DNA of 64,000 nucleotides from Burkholderiales bacterium. GTDB taxonomy: Bacteria; Pseudomonadota; Gammaproteobacteria; Burkholderiales; Gallionellaceae. The notes below the pieces were generated by a model. That model had not been told where the DNA came from and made no database searches. It saw nothing but the letters and a program-made list of their open reading frames with translations. The DNA lies in contig JBBQNH010000004.1 of assembly GCA_038329705.1 (NCBI GenBank), forward strand, positions 2,670 to 66,669. Direction: 5' to 3'. This document shows, piece by piece, positions 29,197 through 39,137 of this stretch. How positions within the stretch are numbered: the first letter of the stretch is position 1; every line of letters starts with the position of its first letter. Made by a program: the position numbers and the translations under genes.

Positions 29197-29886
29197 CTAG
29201 GGTGCAATCTCCACGATGCCATTTGATTGCGCAATCCCGCCGACAACACGCCCCGAACTGCTGCGGACATTGACAGTTTGACCGACACTCGCATTGGCCA
29301 GCGCGGCGCCTGCGCTGCGTATACTGAATGCGTCACCTTGCACGAGCAATTCGACTATCTGACCCTGTTTCACACTGTAGGGTTGGCGCAGCATGTCTTC
29401 GCGCAACATCTGACCCGCTGCGATGCCGTAGCGCAGCACTTTTCCAAGCGCCTGGTTGGCATCGCTGAGCACTGCGGTACGGGAAATCTCTATCGTTTGT
29501 CTGGTGATATCCTGCGTTTGCAAAATATGCCCCATCGGTAACTGACGCGAGCTAACCAGCACGTTCATGCTGATTCTGATTTGTACCGGAACAAAGATGC
29601 GCCAGCCATTCTTTTCCATGCAACGAACGCCGATAGAAGTCCTGCCGATGAACTGGCTGCCGGCAGGCAAAAAGGCCTCGAGTCTGTTGCAAGCCGGCAT
29701 TGCGATGCGCTGGTCAATCTCATCGATTTTGTAGCTGACCTTGCCGGGCAGGGAAGCGATTTGCCGTTCAACAAAGGAAGCAACGTTATTCCTTATCTCG
29801 GCATTGTTCTGTATCGCAGCAGCTGCCGCAGCTGAAACAGCCGATCCGCACAGGACAATGAATACTATTGAAAATAGTCTTTTCAT
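29197..29886 (-). CDS. flgA: P-ring chaperone FlgA
   Basis: Signal peptide, SAF-like region, VKQGQIV..GAALANASVGQTVNVR; divergent from flgB. Confidence 0.92.
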   Translation of the reverse strand: MKRLFSIVFIVLCGSAVSAAAAAAIQNNAEIRNNVASFVERQIASLPGKVSYKIDEIDQRIAMPACNRLEAFLPAGSQFIGRTSIGVRCMEKNGWRIFVPVQIRISMNVLVSSRQLPMGHILQTQDITRQTIEISRTAVLSDANQALGKVLRYGIAAGQMLREDMLRQPYSVKQGQIVELLVQGDAFSIRSAGAALANASVGQTVNVRSSSGRVVGGIAQSNGIVEIAP

Positions 29887-30050
29887 GGCTGGATTGTGCG
29901 GTTTTAGACCGGTTTATGGAAGACCCCGGTAAGCCGGAATTGAAGCAGAAAGTTGCCGCTGTTTGGCAGATGGAAAATTCTGGCACGGACTTAGTATGCA
30001 TCCCAGATGAATATAGCAGTTGGTTTGCTGCGGTTGAACAGGAGAAAAAC

Positions 30051-30455
30051 GTGATCAACAGATTGGATGAGGCGCTTCGTTTTCAACAAACCTCGCTGAA
30101 CCTGCGCGCAGCGCGTCAGGAGTTGCTGGCCTCCAATATCGCGAATGCGGATACCCCCAACTATAAAGCGAGAGACGTCAATTTTGCCAATGCCTTGCAG
30201 AATGCCTTGGCGGGAACTGCCGCAGTGCTGCCTGCTGCACAAACTTCAACCATGCACCTGCAAGGGAATACGGGCCAGAATATCTTGGGAACGCCTGTGA
30301 TGTATCGCAATCCCGATCAGCCCAGTGCCGATGGTAACACGGTGAATATGGACACGGAGCGCGCCCAGTTCGCCGACAACGCTTTGCGCTATGAGGCCAG
30401 CGTGAGATTCGTCAGTGACAAGGTGAAAGAAATACTGACGGCGATCCAGGGCTGA
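30051..30455 (+). CDS. flgB: Basal-body rod protein FlgB
   Basis: GTG start after AGGAG; LASNIANADTPNYKARD; DGNTVNMDTE. Confidence 0.96.
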   Translation: MINRLDEALRFQQTSLNLRAARQELLASNIANADTPNYKARDVNFANALQNALAGTAAVLPAAQTSTMHLQGNTGQNILGTPVMYRNPDQPSADGNTVNMDTERAQFADNALRYEASVRFVSDKVKEILTAIQG

Positions 30456-30505
30456 TTGGCATTTTGCAAATTTTGGATCTATTGCAAAACCTAGGAGGGT
30501 GAGAC

Positions 30506-30910
30506 ATGTCTCTGTTCAATATATTCAATGTCGCCGGTTCAGCGATGACGGCACAATCCGAACGCCTGAACACAGTGGCGAGCAATCTGGCGAACGCCGA
30601 CAGCACCACCAGTGCCAACGGCCAGCCTTATCGCGCCAAGCAGGTGGTGTTCAGTACGACGCAGATGGGAGATGCTAGCGCGCAGGGTGTAAAAGTGGCG
30701 GCGGTGGTCGAGGATAATTCGCCGATGAAACTGGTTTACGACCCCAAACATCCAATGGCCAACGCGCAGGGTTATGTGGAGATGCCCAACGTGAATGTGG
30801 TTGACGAGATGGTGAACATGATCTCGGCATCACGTGCCTACCAGAACAATGTGGAGGTGTTGAACACCTCTAAAACGCTGCTGTTAAAGACACTGGCCAT
30901 AGGCCAGTGA
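30506..30910 (+). CDS. flgC: Rod protein FlgC
   Basis: [26 protein letters not shown]. Confidence 0.97.
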   Translation: MSLFNIFNVAGSAMTAQSERLNTVASNLANADSTTSANGQPYRAKQVVFSTTQMGDASAQGVKVAAVVEDNSPMKLVYDPKHPMANAQGYVEMPNVNVVDEMVNMISASRAYQNNVEVLNTSKTLLLKTLAIGQ

Positions 30911-30929
30911 TGATTTGAGGAGATGAATC

Positions 30930-31610
30930 ATGGTAAATGCCACTACAAGTTCCACTGACGCCGCAGCTTTGTTCGCTTCGTTGAATACGGGCGCCAACCC
31001 GGCAAGCGCTGCCGGTTCCGCAGCCGATACGCAGAATCGCTTCCTGAAGCTGCTGGTCACGCAGTTGAAGAATCAGGATCCGCTCAACCCGATGGACAAC
31101 GCGCAAGTGACTTCGCAGATGGCGCAGCTCAGCACGGTGACAGGAATCGACAAACTGAATGTCACACTGCAAGCCTTGAGTGACAGCATGACGTCCAGTC
31201 AGTCCTTGCAGGCGGCCGGCATGATAGGGCATGGCGCATTGGTGTCCGGCAACGCGGTCGACCTGTCCGGCGGTGCCGGTCTGGGCGGATTCGAGCTGAC
31301 CCAGCCCGTGGATAGTGCGCGGGTGTCGATCTATGATAAAGCGGGTGCGCTGGTGCGCAGCATCGATATGGGTGCACAGCCTGCCGGTATCGCCAAATGG
31401 CAATGGGACGGCAAGGACAATGTCGGAAATGACTTGGCAGCCGGCAGTTACACATTCAACGTGAATGCGACACAGGGCACAACCAGCGTTGCGGCGACCG
31501 GTCTTCAGTTCGGCATGGTGAACAGTGTGACCCAGAATACCCAGGGTGTTGCGCTGAGCGTCGGGCAACTGGAAGGTATCGCGTTGTCGCAGATCAAGCA
31601 GATATTTTGA
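30930..31610 (+). CDS. flgD: Hook cap FlgD
   Basis: FLKLLVTQLKNQDPLNPMDN. Confidence 0.97.
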   Translation: MVNATTSSTDAAALFASLNTGANPASAAGSAADTQNRFLKLLVTQLKNQDPLNPMDNAQVTSQMAQLSTVTGIDKLNVTLQALSDSMTSSQSLQAAGMIGHGALVSGNAVDLSGGAGLGGFELTQPVDSARVSIYDKAGALVRSIDMGAQPAGIAKWQWDGKDNVGNDLAAGSYTFNVNATQGTTSVAATGLQFGMVNSVTQNTQGVALSVGQLEGIALSQIKQIF

Positions 31611-31694
31611 ATTTATCAGGGTAACCCGTAACTGCTGGAGCGGAAGCGGGGCTGGCAGATAGTTGCGGATACATACAACACAAAGGAGCATGTC

Positions 31695-33173
31695 ATGAGT
31701 TTTCAGCAAGGGTTGAGTGGCCTGAATTCATCTTCCAAACAACTGGATGCGATAGGCAATAACGTGGCGAATGCCAGCACTGTCGGATTCAAGGAATCGC
31801 AGGCACAATTCGCCGATATGTATGCAGCTTCGCTTGCCGGATCCGGAGGGATGCAAGTCGGTACGGGCAGCAAGGTGGCCGCCATCGCGCAACAATTCAA
31901 CCAGGGAAATATAACCACGACCAGTAACCCGATGGATACCGCGATCAGCGGGCAGGGGTTCTTCCGTCTTGTGGATCAGGGCGGTTCCATCGTGTATAGC
32001 CGTAACGGCCAGTTCCAGGTGGACAAGAACGGATTCATCGTCAATACCCAGGGCCATAAATTATCCGGTTATCTGCCCAATGCAGCGGGTGTGATCGTGT
32101 CGTCATTCCCGGTTCCGCTGCAGCTCAGCGCGGCCGATCTGGTTCCCAACCAGACCGCAAATATGGTGGTCGGGGCCAATCTGGATGCGCTTGCCCCGGT
32201 ACCTTTGACGGCAGCGTTCGATCCTGCCGATCCGACGTCCTATAACAATTCGACTTCATCTACGATCTATGACAGTCTGGGCGCAAGCCACGTGGCTACA
32301 CTGTACTTCCAGCGGCAACCTGTCGCCCCTACCAGTTCCACAGCCGCTCTTGCCGCCGCCGCAACGTCGGCACCTGTTGCCGACATTACCGGCCTGTCGA
32401 TCGGCAATACCATCACGATCGCCGGCGCAGGTACTGCGGGCGGACCGTTGTTGGCCACGATCACTGCTATCTCGACAGGCGCGGCCCCGGCCGGGACGCT
32501 TACTTTTACCCCGGCGACAATCACTGCGGTGGGCGCAGGTGCGGCGATCACGTCGAATGCCGGGTCGCTCGACTGGAATACCTTCCTGACGGTAGACGGA
32601 GTTTCGGTGCCGGCATTACCCACCACATTGTCCACGCTAACCTTCAATACGCTGGGTCAACTGGTTACACCGGTCGGACCGCCGGTGGGTCTGGCTGTTT
32701 CAGCATCGTTCACCCCGCCCGGGGCTGCGGCCCAGCAACTGACCTTCAACTTCGGCCAGACCAGCCAGTACGGGGGCACCTTTGGCGTCAACACCCTGAC
32801 CCAGGACGGCTATGCCTCCGGTCACTTGAATGGTTTCAATACCAGTGCGGATGGGACGATACTGGGACGCTATTCCAATGGCCAGTCGCGCGTACTGGGG
32901 CAAATGGTGCTGGCCAATTTCACCGATCCGCAAGGCTTGCAGCCGATGGGCAACAATGAATGGACGGAAACCGCCGCATCCGGGAACCCGCTGGTTGGCG
33001 TGCCCGGATCGAGCAGCTTGGGTGTGCTGCAATCTTCGGCAGTGGAAGAGTCCAATGTCGATTTGACTGCCGAGCTGGTAAACATGATCACAGCGCAGCG
33101 GGTTTATCAGGCGAATGCGCAGACCATCAAGGCACAGGACCAGATCCTGCAGACCCTGGTGAACTTGCGCTGA
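31695..33173 (+). CDS. flgE: Hook protein FlgE (492 aa, with an inserted domain)
   Basis: IGNNVANASTVGFK; ESNVDLTAELVNMITAQRVYQANA. Confidence 0.97.
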   Translation: MSFQQGLSGLNSSSKQLDAIGNNVANASTVGFKESQAQFADMYAASLAGSGGMQVGTGSKVAAIAQQFNQGNITTTSNPMDTAISGQGFFRLVDQGGSIVYSRNGQFQVDKNGFIVNTQGHKLSGYLPNAAGVIVSSFPVPLQLSAADLVPNQTANMVVGANLDALAPVPLTAAFDPADPTSYNNSTSSTIYDSLGASHVATLYFQRQPVAPTSSTAALAAAATSAPVADITGLSIGNTITIAGAGTAGGPLLATITAISTGAAPAGTLTFTPATITAVGAGAAITSNAGSLDWNTFLTVDGVSVPALPTTLSTLTFNTLGQLVTPVGPPVGLAVSASFTPPGAAAQQLTFNFGQTSQYGGTFGVNTLTQDGYASGHLNGFNTSADGTILGRYSNGQSRVLGQMVLANFTDPQGLQPMGNNEWTETAASGNPLVGVPGSSSLGVLQSSAVEESNVDLTAELVNMITAQRVYQANAQTIKAQDQILQTLVNLR

Positions 33174-33243
33174 TTGATTTGACGGGCAAGTGGCCACAGC
33201 ATTGGTATTGCGCCTTGCTCTTGATAACGGATAGGAGAACGCA

Positions 33244-33987
33244 ATGGACAGGCTGATCTATACCGCAATGACAGGCGCATCACATGTGCTGCAGCAACAG
33301 GCTGCCGTGTCGGAGAATCTGGCTAATGTCAGCACTACGGGTTTTCGCGCCACGCTCGATACGTTTCGCGCCGTGCCACTGGTTGGCGATGGACTGCCGA
33401 CCCGTACTTTTGTGGTTGATTCCACTGCGGGATCCGATTTTACGCCTGCGACCATCCAGCAAACCGGCAATCCTCTGGATGTGGCGGTGCAGGGTTCGGG
33501 CTGGATCGCGGTGCAGGGTTCCGATGGCAAGGAGGCCTACACGCGCAACGGCAGTTTTCAGATGACGCCCAATGGTGTGTTGCAAACGCACTCCGGGTTG
33601 AACGTGCTCGGTGACACGGGTCCGATCACCATCCCGCCCGATACCGAAGTGACCATTGCCAAGGATGGCACGATCTCAACCGTGCCCAGCGGTTCCAATG
33701 CGACTTCTGTCGTGGTCGTGGGACGATTGAAATTGGTCGATCCACCCGTGGATCAGATGGAGCGTGGTGGGGACGGGATGTTTCGCTTGAAGAGCGGGGT
33801 CGCTGCGCCCGCGAGTGAGAATACGACAGTGGTGCCGGGCAGCCTGGAAGGCAGCAATGTGAATCCGGTGGAAGCGATGGTGACCATGATTTCACTGGCG
33901 CGGCAATTCGATATGCAGATGAAGATGTTGCAAAGCGCGGATGCCAATGCCCAACATGCTACTTCGGTGATGAGTGTCTCCGGATAA
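33244..33987 (+). CDS. flgF: Rod protein FlgF
   Basis: MDRLIYTAMTGA..ENLANVSTTGFR. Confidence 0.96.
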   Translation: MDRLIYTAMTGASHVLQQQAAVSENLANVSTTGFRATLDTFRAVPLVGDGLPTRTFVVDSTAGSDFTPATIQQTGNPLDVAVQGSGWIAVQGSDGKEAYTRNGSFQMTPNGVLQTHSGLNVLGDTGPITIPPDTEVTIAKDGTISTVPSGSNATSVVVVGRLKLVDPPVDQMERGGDGMFRLKSGVAAPASENTTVVPGSLEGSNVNPVEAMVTMISLARQFDMQMKMLQSADANAQHATSVMSVSG

Positions 33988-34016
33988 CCGTTGCGTTTAA
34001 TTAAAAGGATAGGATC

Positions 34017-34799
34017 ATGATACGTTCATTGTGGATTTCAAAAACCGGTCTGGATGCCCAGCAAACCCAGATGGATGTGGTTGCCAATAATCTGGCCAAC
34101 GTCAGCACCAACGGGTTCAAACGTTCACGCGCGGTTTTCGAGGATCTGTTGTATCAGACACTGCGCCAGCCGGGCGCACAATCTTCGCAGCAGACCCAGA
34201 TACCGTCAGGGTTGCAGATCGGCACCGGGGTGCGCCCCGTGGCTGCGGAAAGGATCCATACCCAGGGCAACCTGCAATTGACCGGCAACCAGCTGGATGT
34301 GGCGATCCAGGGTGCGGGATTTTTCCAGGTACTGATGCCGGATGGCACGACCGCATATAGCAGGGATGGCTCGTTCCAGACCGATAGCCAGGGGCAACTG
34401 GTGACTGCCAGCGGCTTCCCGATCCAGCCTTCACTGACCATCCCGGCAAATGCGGTCACTGTCAGTATCGGCCGGGATGGCATCGTTTCCGTTACCCAGC
34501 CGGGCGTGGCTGCGCCGGTACAAGTGGGCAGCCTGCAACTGGCGACCTTCATCAATCCGGCCGGTCTGCAAAGCATGGGCGAGAATCTTTACCAGGAAAC
34601 CGCTTCATCCGGGACACCCGGCACCAATGTGCCCGGTACCAACGGCAGCGGGCTGTTGAATCAAAGCTACGTGGAAACCTCGAATGTGAACGTGGTTGAA
34701 GAAATGGTGAACATGATACAGACACAGCGCGCTTACGAGATCAACTCAAAGGCGATCACGACTTCCGACCAGATGCTGCAAAAACTGACCCAGATGTAA
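34017..34799 (+). CDS. flgG: Distal rod protein FlgG
   Basis: [23 protein letters not shown]; 260 aa. Confidence 0.98.
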   Translation: MIRSLWISKTGLDAQQTQMDVVANNLANVSTNGFKRSRAVFEDLLYQTLRQPGAQSSQQTQIPSGLQIGTGVRPVAAERIHTQGNLQLTGNQLDVAIQGAGFFQVLMPDGTTAYSRDGSFQTDSQGQLVTASGFPIQPSLTIPANAVTVSIGRDGIVSVTQPGVAAPVQVGSLQLATFINPAGLQSMGENLYQETASSGTPGTNVPGTNGSGLLNQSYVETSNVNVVEEMVNMIQTQRAYEINSKAITTSDQMLQKLTQM

Positions 34800-34851
34800 T
34801 GCCGGATGTAATGGACGATGATGCGCTCGGATGTTCCCCGGAGGAGATCAA

Positions 34852-35532
34852 ATGCTGATTAGATTGTGCTTGCCTGGCATATTGTTGCTCTTGGCCGGAT
34901 GCTCCATGACGCCGCCGACCAATATCCGTGAGCCGCTCACCGCCAAGCCCGACGACAGGCAGGTGGTGATACCCGCTGACGGGGCCATCTTCCATGCGGG
35001 GATCAGCGAGCACCACTTGTTCGAGGACAGGCGTGCGCGCAATGTCGGGGATATCCTGACCATCTATATCACGGAGAAGACCACCGGCAGCAGGGCATCC
35101 ACCGGCGGTACCAGCAGTGCAAGCAGTATCGACGCCAATCTGCCGCAAGTGTCATCAGGACCATTGGCGCAATTGTTCAAGGCGTTCCCCATTTCCAGCA
35201 AGAGCAGCAGCAAGTCGGCCAAGACCGGTGCGGGAACAGCCAGCGAGGATCTGACCGGAACGATCACGGTAACGGTGATCAGGGTTTTGGGAAACGGCAA
35301 TCTATTGGTAAGCGGTGAGGAGCAGGTGGCTTTGAACCAGAGCGACGAGTACATACGCTTTTCCGGCGTGGTCAATCCGATCTCGATCAACGGTGCGAAT
35401 GCCGTATCGTCCACGCAGGTCGCCGATGCGCATATCGAGTACAAGAATGCAGGCGCGATGAATGAAGTCATCAACGATGCGAAATCCCTGGGATTCCTGG
35501 GCCGGTTCTTCCAGTCTGTATCGCCGTTCTGA
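34852..35532 (+). CDS. flgH: L-ring lipoprotein FlgH
   Basis: Lipobox LLAGC; LFEDRRARNVGDILTI. Start 34852 follows GGAGGAG (ORF track start 34831). Confidence 0.95.
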   Translation: MLIRLCLPGILLLLAGCSMTPPTNIREPLTAKPDDRQVVIPADGAIFHAGISEHHLFEDRRARNVGDILTIYITEKTTGSRASTGGTSSASSIDANLPQVSSGPLAQLFKAFPISSKSSSKSAKTGAGTASEDLTGTITVTVIRVLGNGNLLVSGEEQVALNQSDEYIRFSGVVNPISINGANAVSSTQVADAHIEYKNAGAMNEVINDAKSLGFLGRFFQSVSPF

Positions 35533-35562
35533 TGATCCAGACCGCTTCGTGAGAGATATATT

Positions 35563-36660
35563 ATGAAACGAATATTTGCAGTAATGATCGCGTTCCAGCT
35601 GTTGATTCCATTTGCCGCATCAGCCGAGCGCATCAAGGACATGGCGAGCATCCAGGGTGTGCGCGACAACCAGTTGATCGGTTATGGCATCGTGGTGGGA
35701 CTGGACGGCAGCGGCGACCAGACCACGCAAACGCCATTCACGGTGCAGAGCATCATCAGCATGCTGTCACAGATGGGTGTCAATCTGCCGCAAGGCACCG
35801 GTTTGCAACTCAAGAATGTCGCGGCGGTGGTTGTCACTGCCACGCTGCCACCGTTTTCCAAGCCCGGCCAAACCATAGACGTGACCACTTCCTCGATCGG
35901 CAATGCCAAGAGTCTGCGCGGCGGCACCTTGTTGATGGCGCCATTGAAAGGAGCGGATGGGCAGGTGTATGCGATGGCACAGGGCAATGTGCTGGTCGGC
36001 GGGGTGGGCGCTTCTTCCGGTGGCGCATCGGTGCAGGTGAATCATTTGAGTGTCGGCCGGGTGCCGGCCGGGGCCACCGTGGAACGTTCTGTGCCGACCA
36101 TATTGGGACAGGGTGATTTCATCAACCTGGAATTGAACACGATGGATTTCACCACGGCCACCCGTATCGTTGATGTCATCAACAGCCAGGTTGCCCCGGA
36201 CCTCGCCGCAGCGCTGGACGGGCGGGTGATACAGGTGCGGGCACCCGCGGGCAACAATCGCGTGGCTTTCATCTCCAGGATAGAAAATCTGGATGTCGAC
36301 CCGGCACAGGGCATTGCCAGGGTCATCATCAATGCGCGCACCGGTTCGGTGGTGATGAATCAAACGGTGTCATTGCAACCTTGTGCCGTGGCACACGGCA
36401 ATCTCACCGTGGTGATCAATACTGACAGCACGGTGAGCCAGCCCAATGCGTTTTCTCGGGGACAGACTGTGCAAACCGACAAGACCACGGTAGATTTGAA
36501 GTCGGACAAAGGCGGCCTGGTGCAACTTCCCAGAGGCGTGTCATTGAGCGAAGTGGTCAAGGCATTGAATTCGATAGGTGCGACCCCCCAGGACCTGCTG
36601 GCGATTTTGCAAGCGATGAAATCGTCCGGTGCGTTGCGTGCCGAACTGGAAGTTATCTGA
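35563..36660 (+). CDS. flgI: P-ring protein FlgI
   Basis: RIKD..GVRDNQLIGYGIVVGLDGSGD. Confidence 0.98.
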   Translation: MKRIFAVMIAFQLLIPFAASAERIKDMASIQGVRDNQLIGYGIVVGLDGSGDQTTQTPFTVQSIISMLSQMGVNLPQGTGLQLKNVAAVVVTATLPPFSKPGQTIDVTTSSIGNAKSLRGGTLLMAPLKGADGQVYAMAQGNVLVGGVGASSGGASVQVNHLSVGRVPAGATVERSVPTILGQGDFINLELNTMDFTTATRIVDVINSQVAPDLAAALDGRVIQVRAPAGNNRVAFISRIENLDVDPAQGIARVIINARTGSVVMNQTVSLQPCAVAHGNLTVVINTDSTVSQPNAFSRGQTVQTDKTTVDLKSDKGGLVQLPRGVSLSEVVKALNSIGATPQDLLAILQAMKSSGALRAELEVI

Positions 36661-36666
36661 ACCCAG

Positions 36667-37053
36667 ATGACTACCCGTATCGACACGGCGGCGAACCTGG
36701 CACTGGATACGCAAAATCTGGCGCAGTTGCGCGTGCAGGCCAACAAGTCGCCGGAGCTGGCGCTCAAGGCGGCAGCGCAACAGTTTGAATCGCTGTTCCT
36801 CAACATGATGCTGAAAAGCATGCGGGAAGCCACACCCCAGGATGGCATGTTCGATAGCGAGCAAACCAGAATGTATAGCGGCATGCTGGATCAGCAATTG
36901 TCACAAAGTATGGCAAGCAGGGGTATCGGTCTGGCCGATATGATGGTGAAGCAACTTGGACAATCAATGAGTGCGCAGGCAGGGAGTACCGCCAAACCGG
37001 CGGGCCTATCTTCCCCCGCAGGGAAGAATGCTGCTCCCGGCGAAAAGCTTTGA
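36667..37053 (+). CDS. flgJ: Short FlgJ (rod-capping domain only)
   Basis: AAQQFESLFLNMMLKSMREA..MLDQQLSQ..GIGLADMMVKQL; stops at 128 aa. Confidence 0.88.
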   Translation: MTTRIDTAANLALDTQNLAQLRVQANKSPELALKAAAQQFESLFLNMMLKSMREATPQDGMFDSEQTRMYSGMLDQQLSQSMASRGIGLADMMVKQLGQSMSAQAGSTAKPAGLSSPAGKNAAPGEKL

Positions 37054-37121
37054 GTTGCCACCCGGGCAGCAGGCTTGCAGAAGCCCGTGATTCACTTCGG
37101 TCAAGTTGAATATGGCAACCC

Positions 37122-37148
37122 TCAAGATTTTTGCCGGCGTGCCGATAA
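37122..37148 (+). promoter_or_regulatory. sigma28 promoter of flgKL
   Basis: TCAAGATT-N11-GCCGATAA. Confidence 0.8.
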
Positions 37149-37187
37149 CAAGTGCAGGAGCGCGAGCGGGTATCGGAGGATAAGTCT

Positions 37188-39122
37188 ATGGCAAGCAACA
37201 TATTTACTGCGGCAATAACCGGCATGAACGCTGCTCAGTACGGGATAACCACGACTGAACACAATATTTCCAATGCGAGTACCCCCGGCTTCTCGCGCCA
37301 GCAAGTCCTGCTCGCCCCGAATATCGCGCAGCAATTCGGTTCCGGGTTCGTCGGACAGGGCGTGGACGTAACCGGGGTGAGACGGATATACGATCAATTT
37401 CTGACCACCCAGGTCTTGCAGGAGCAGACTCAGGCCAGCTATCTGAACAGTTATCACACTTCGATCGCACAGATCGACAACTTGCTTTCGGAACCCGTTG
37501 CGGGTGTATCGACGACCATGCAAGGCTTTTTCGATGCAATGAATGGCGTGGCCAATAATCCCGAATCGGTCCCGTCGCGGCAAACTTTGCTCGGAAATGC
37601 GCAGGCCACGGTCAATCGATTTCAAAGTTTGGACCAGCAGCTGACAAACATCGCAAACGGGCTAACCGGGCAAATCTCCGCCAGTGTCAAGGATATCAAT
37701 ACCTACGCCAAGCAGATCGCCGCGCTGAATGTCAGCATCAAGCGCTTCACCGCGGGCGGACAGGGACAGTTGCCCAATGATCTGCTGGATCAGCGCGATC
37801 AATTGATCAATCAGTTGAACCAGCAAATAAAAACAACCGTGCTGCAACAGTCCGACGGTTCGGCAAGTGTATTCATTGGCAGCGGCCAGCCGCTGGTGAT
37901 CGGTGACCAGGCCATGTCGTTGCAGATGGTCAATTCAGCAAGCGATCCGAGCAAAACAGACATCGCTTACGTGGCAGGAGGCAGAACCGTTACACTGCAG
38001 CAGAGCAGTTTGCAGGGTGGAAATCTGGGCGCATTCCTCTCCTTTCGCGATCAAAGCCTGGAGCCGGCACGCAATGCACTCGGTCGGCTCGCGCTGGGTC
38101 TGGCGACCAGCATCAATCAGCAGAACCAGTTGGGACAGGATCTGAACGGGGCATTGGGAAGAGATCTGTTTCGTACCGCCGCTCCGGTTGTCGCGCAGGG
38201 TGCCAAGAACACCGGTACTGCGGCCGTGTCTGCCGCGATCACCAGCGTGGGGAATCTGACCGCCAGCGATTATCAGCTCAAGTTCGACGGAACGAATTAT
38301 TCGATGGTCAGACTGTCGGACAATAACGTCACCAATCTTGGCGCGACACTGCCGCAGACGATCGACGGATTCACGGTCAACATAACCGCCGGGGCTGTGG
38401 CGGGCGACACTTTTTTGATCAAGCCAACCGCAAATGGCGCGCGTGATATTGCGCTGCTGACCACGGATCCGGCCAAAGTGGCGGCGGGCGCACCGATGCG
38501 CGCGGACGCCGCACTGACCAATCTCGGTGCTGCGACGATCAGCAGTGGTGTCGTGAATTCCCCTCCGTCCGCCATACCGGACCCCGCTCATCCGCTGACG
38601 GACCTGAATCTCCGGCAACCCGTCAGTATCACGTTCAACAATCCCCCGACAAGTTATAACGTGACGGGAACAGGGACGGGAAACCCGACCAATGTGCCGT
38701 ATACACCTGGCAGCGACATCAGTTACAACGGCTGGACGGTACAGGTCACCGGAACCCCCGCATCCGGGGATGTGTTCAATGTTGCCAGCAACGTCAATGG
38801 CGTTGGCGATAACCGCAATGCGCTGCTGCTGGCGGGAATGCAGACTCAGAACCTGATGGCCAATGGCACGGCGAATTTTGGCGAGATATTCAGCCAGTTG
38901 GTCGGGGATGTCGGCGCGAAGACCCACGAGCTGGATGTGACCAGCCAGGCGCAGAATAATATCGTGATTCAAACGGTCGCGGCGCAGCAGGCAGTTTCGG
39001 GCGTCAATCTGGACGAAGAGGCGGCGAATCTGATCAGGTATCAAAATGCCTATCAGGCATCTGCCAAAGCGATGCAAATAGCAAATTCGATGTTTGCCGC
39101 GCTGCTTGCAATCAATCCCTAG
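37188..39122 (+). CDS. flgK: Hook-filament junction protein FlgK
   Basis: Start ATG 37188; HNISNASTPGFSRQ; SGVNLDEEAANLIRYQ. Confidence 0.97.
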   Translation: MASNIFTAAITGMNAAQYGITTTEHNISNASTPGFSRQQVLLAPNIAQQFGSGFVGQGVDVTGVRRIYDQFLTTQVLQEQTQASYLNSYHTSIAQIDNLLSEPVAGVSTTMQGFFDAMNGVANNPESVPSRQTLLGNAQATVNRFQSLDQQLTNIANGLTGQISASVKDINTYAKQIAALNVSIKRFTAGGQGQLPNDLLDQRDQLINQLNQQIKTTVLQQSDGSASVFIGSGQPLVIGDQAMSLQMVNSASDPSKTDIAYVAGGRTVTLQQSSLQGGNLGAFLSFRDQSLEPARNALGRLALGLATSINQQNQLGQDLNGALGRDLFRTAAPVVAQGAKNTGTAAVSAAITSVGNLTASDYQLKFDGTNYSMVRLSDNNVTNLGATLPQTIDGFTVNITAGAVAGDTFLIKPTANGARDIALLTTDPAKVAAGAPMRADAALTNLGAATISSGVVNSPPSAIPDPAHPLTDLNLRQPVSITFNNPPTSYNVTGTGTGNPTNVPYTPGSDISYNGWTVQVTGTPASGDVFNVASNVNGVGDNRNALLLAGMQTQNLMANGTANFGEIFSQLVGDVGAKTHELDVTSQAQNNIVIQTVAAQQAVSGVNLDEEAANLIRYQNAYQASAKAMQIANSMFAALLAINP

Positions 39123-39137
39123 ACGAACAGGTGTGAC

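Noticed and set aside
29981-29995. TGGCACGGACTTAGT, a sigma54-like -24 element upstream of flgB
   Set aside because: The -12 element reads TAGT rather than TTGC and no sigma54 activator is in the cluster. A weak FlhDC-type arm (CGCTGTTT, 29957-29964) explains the promoter better.
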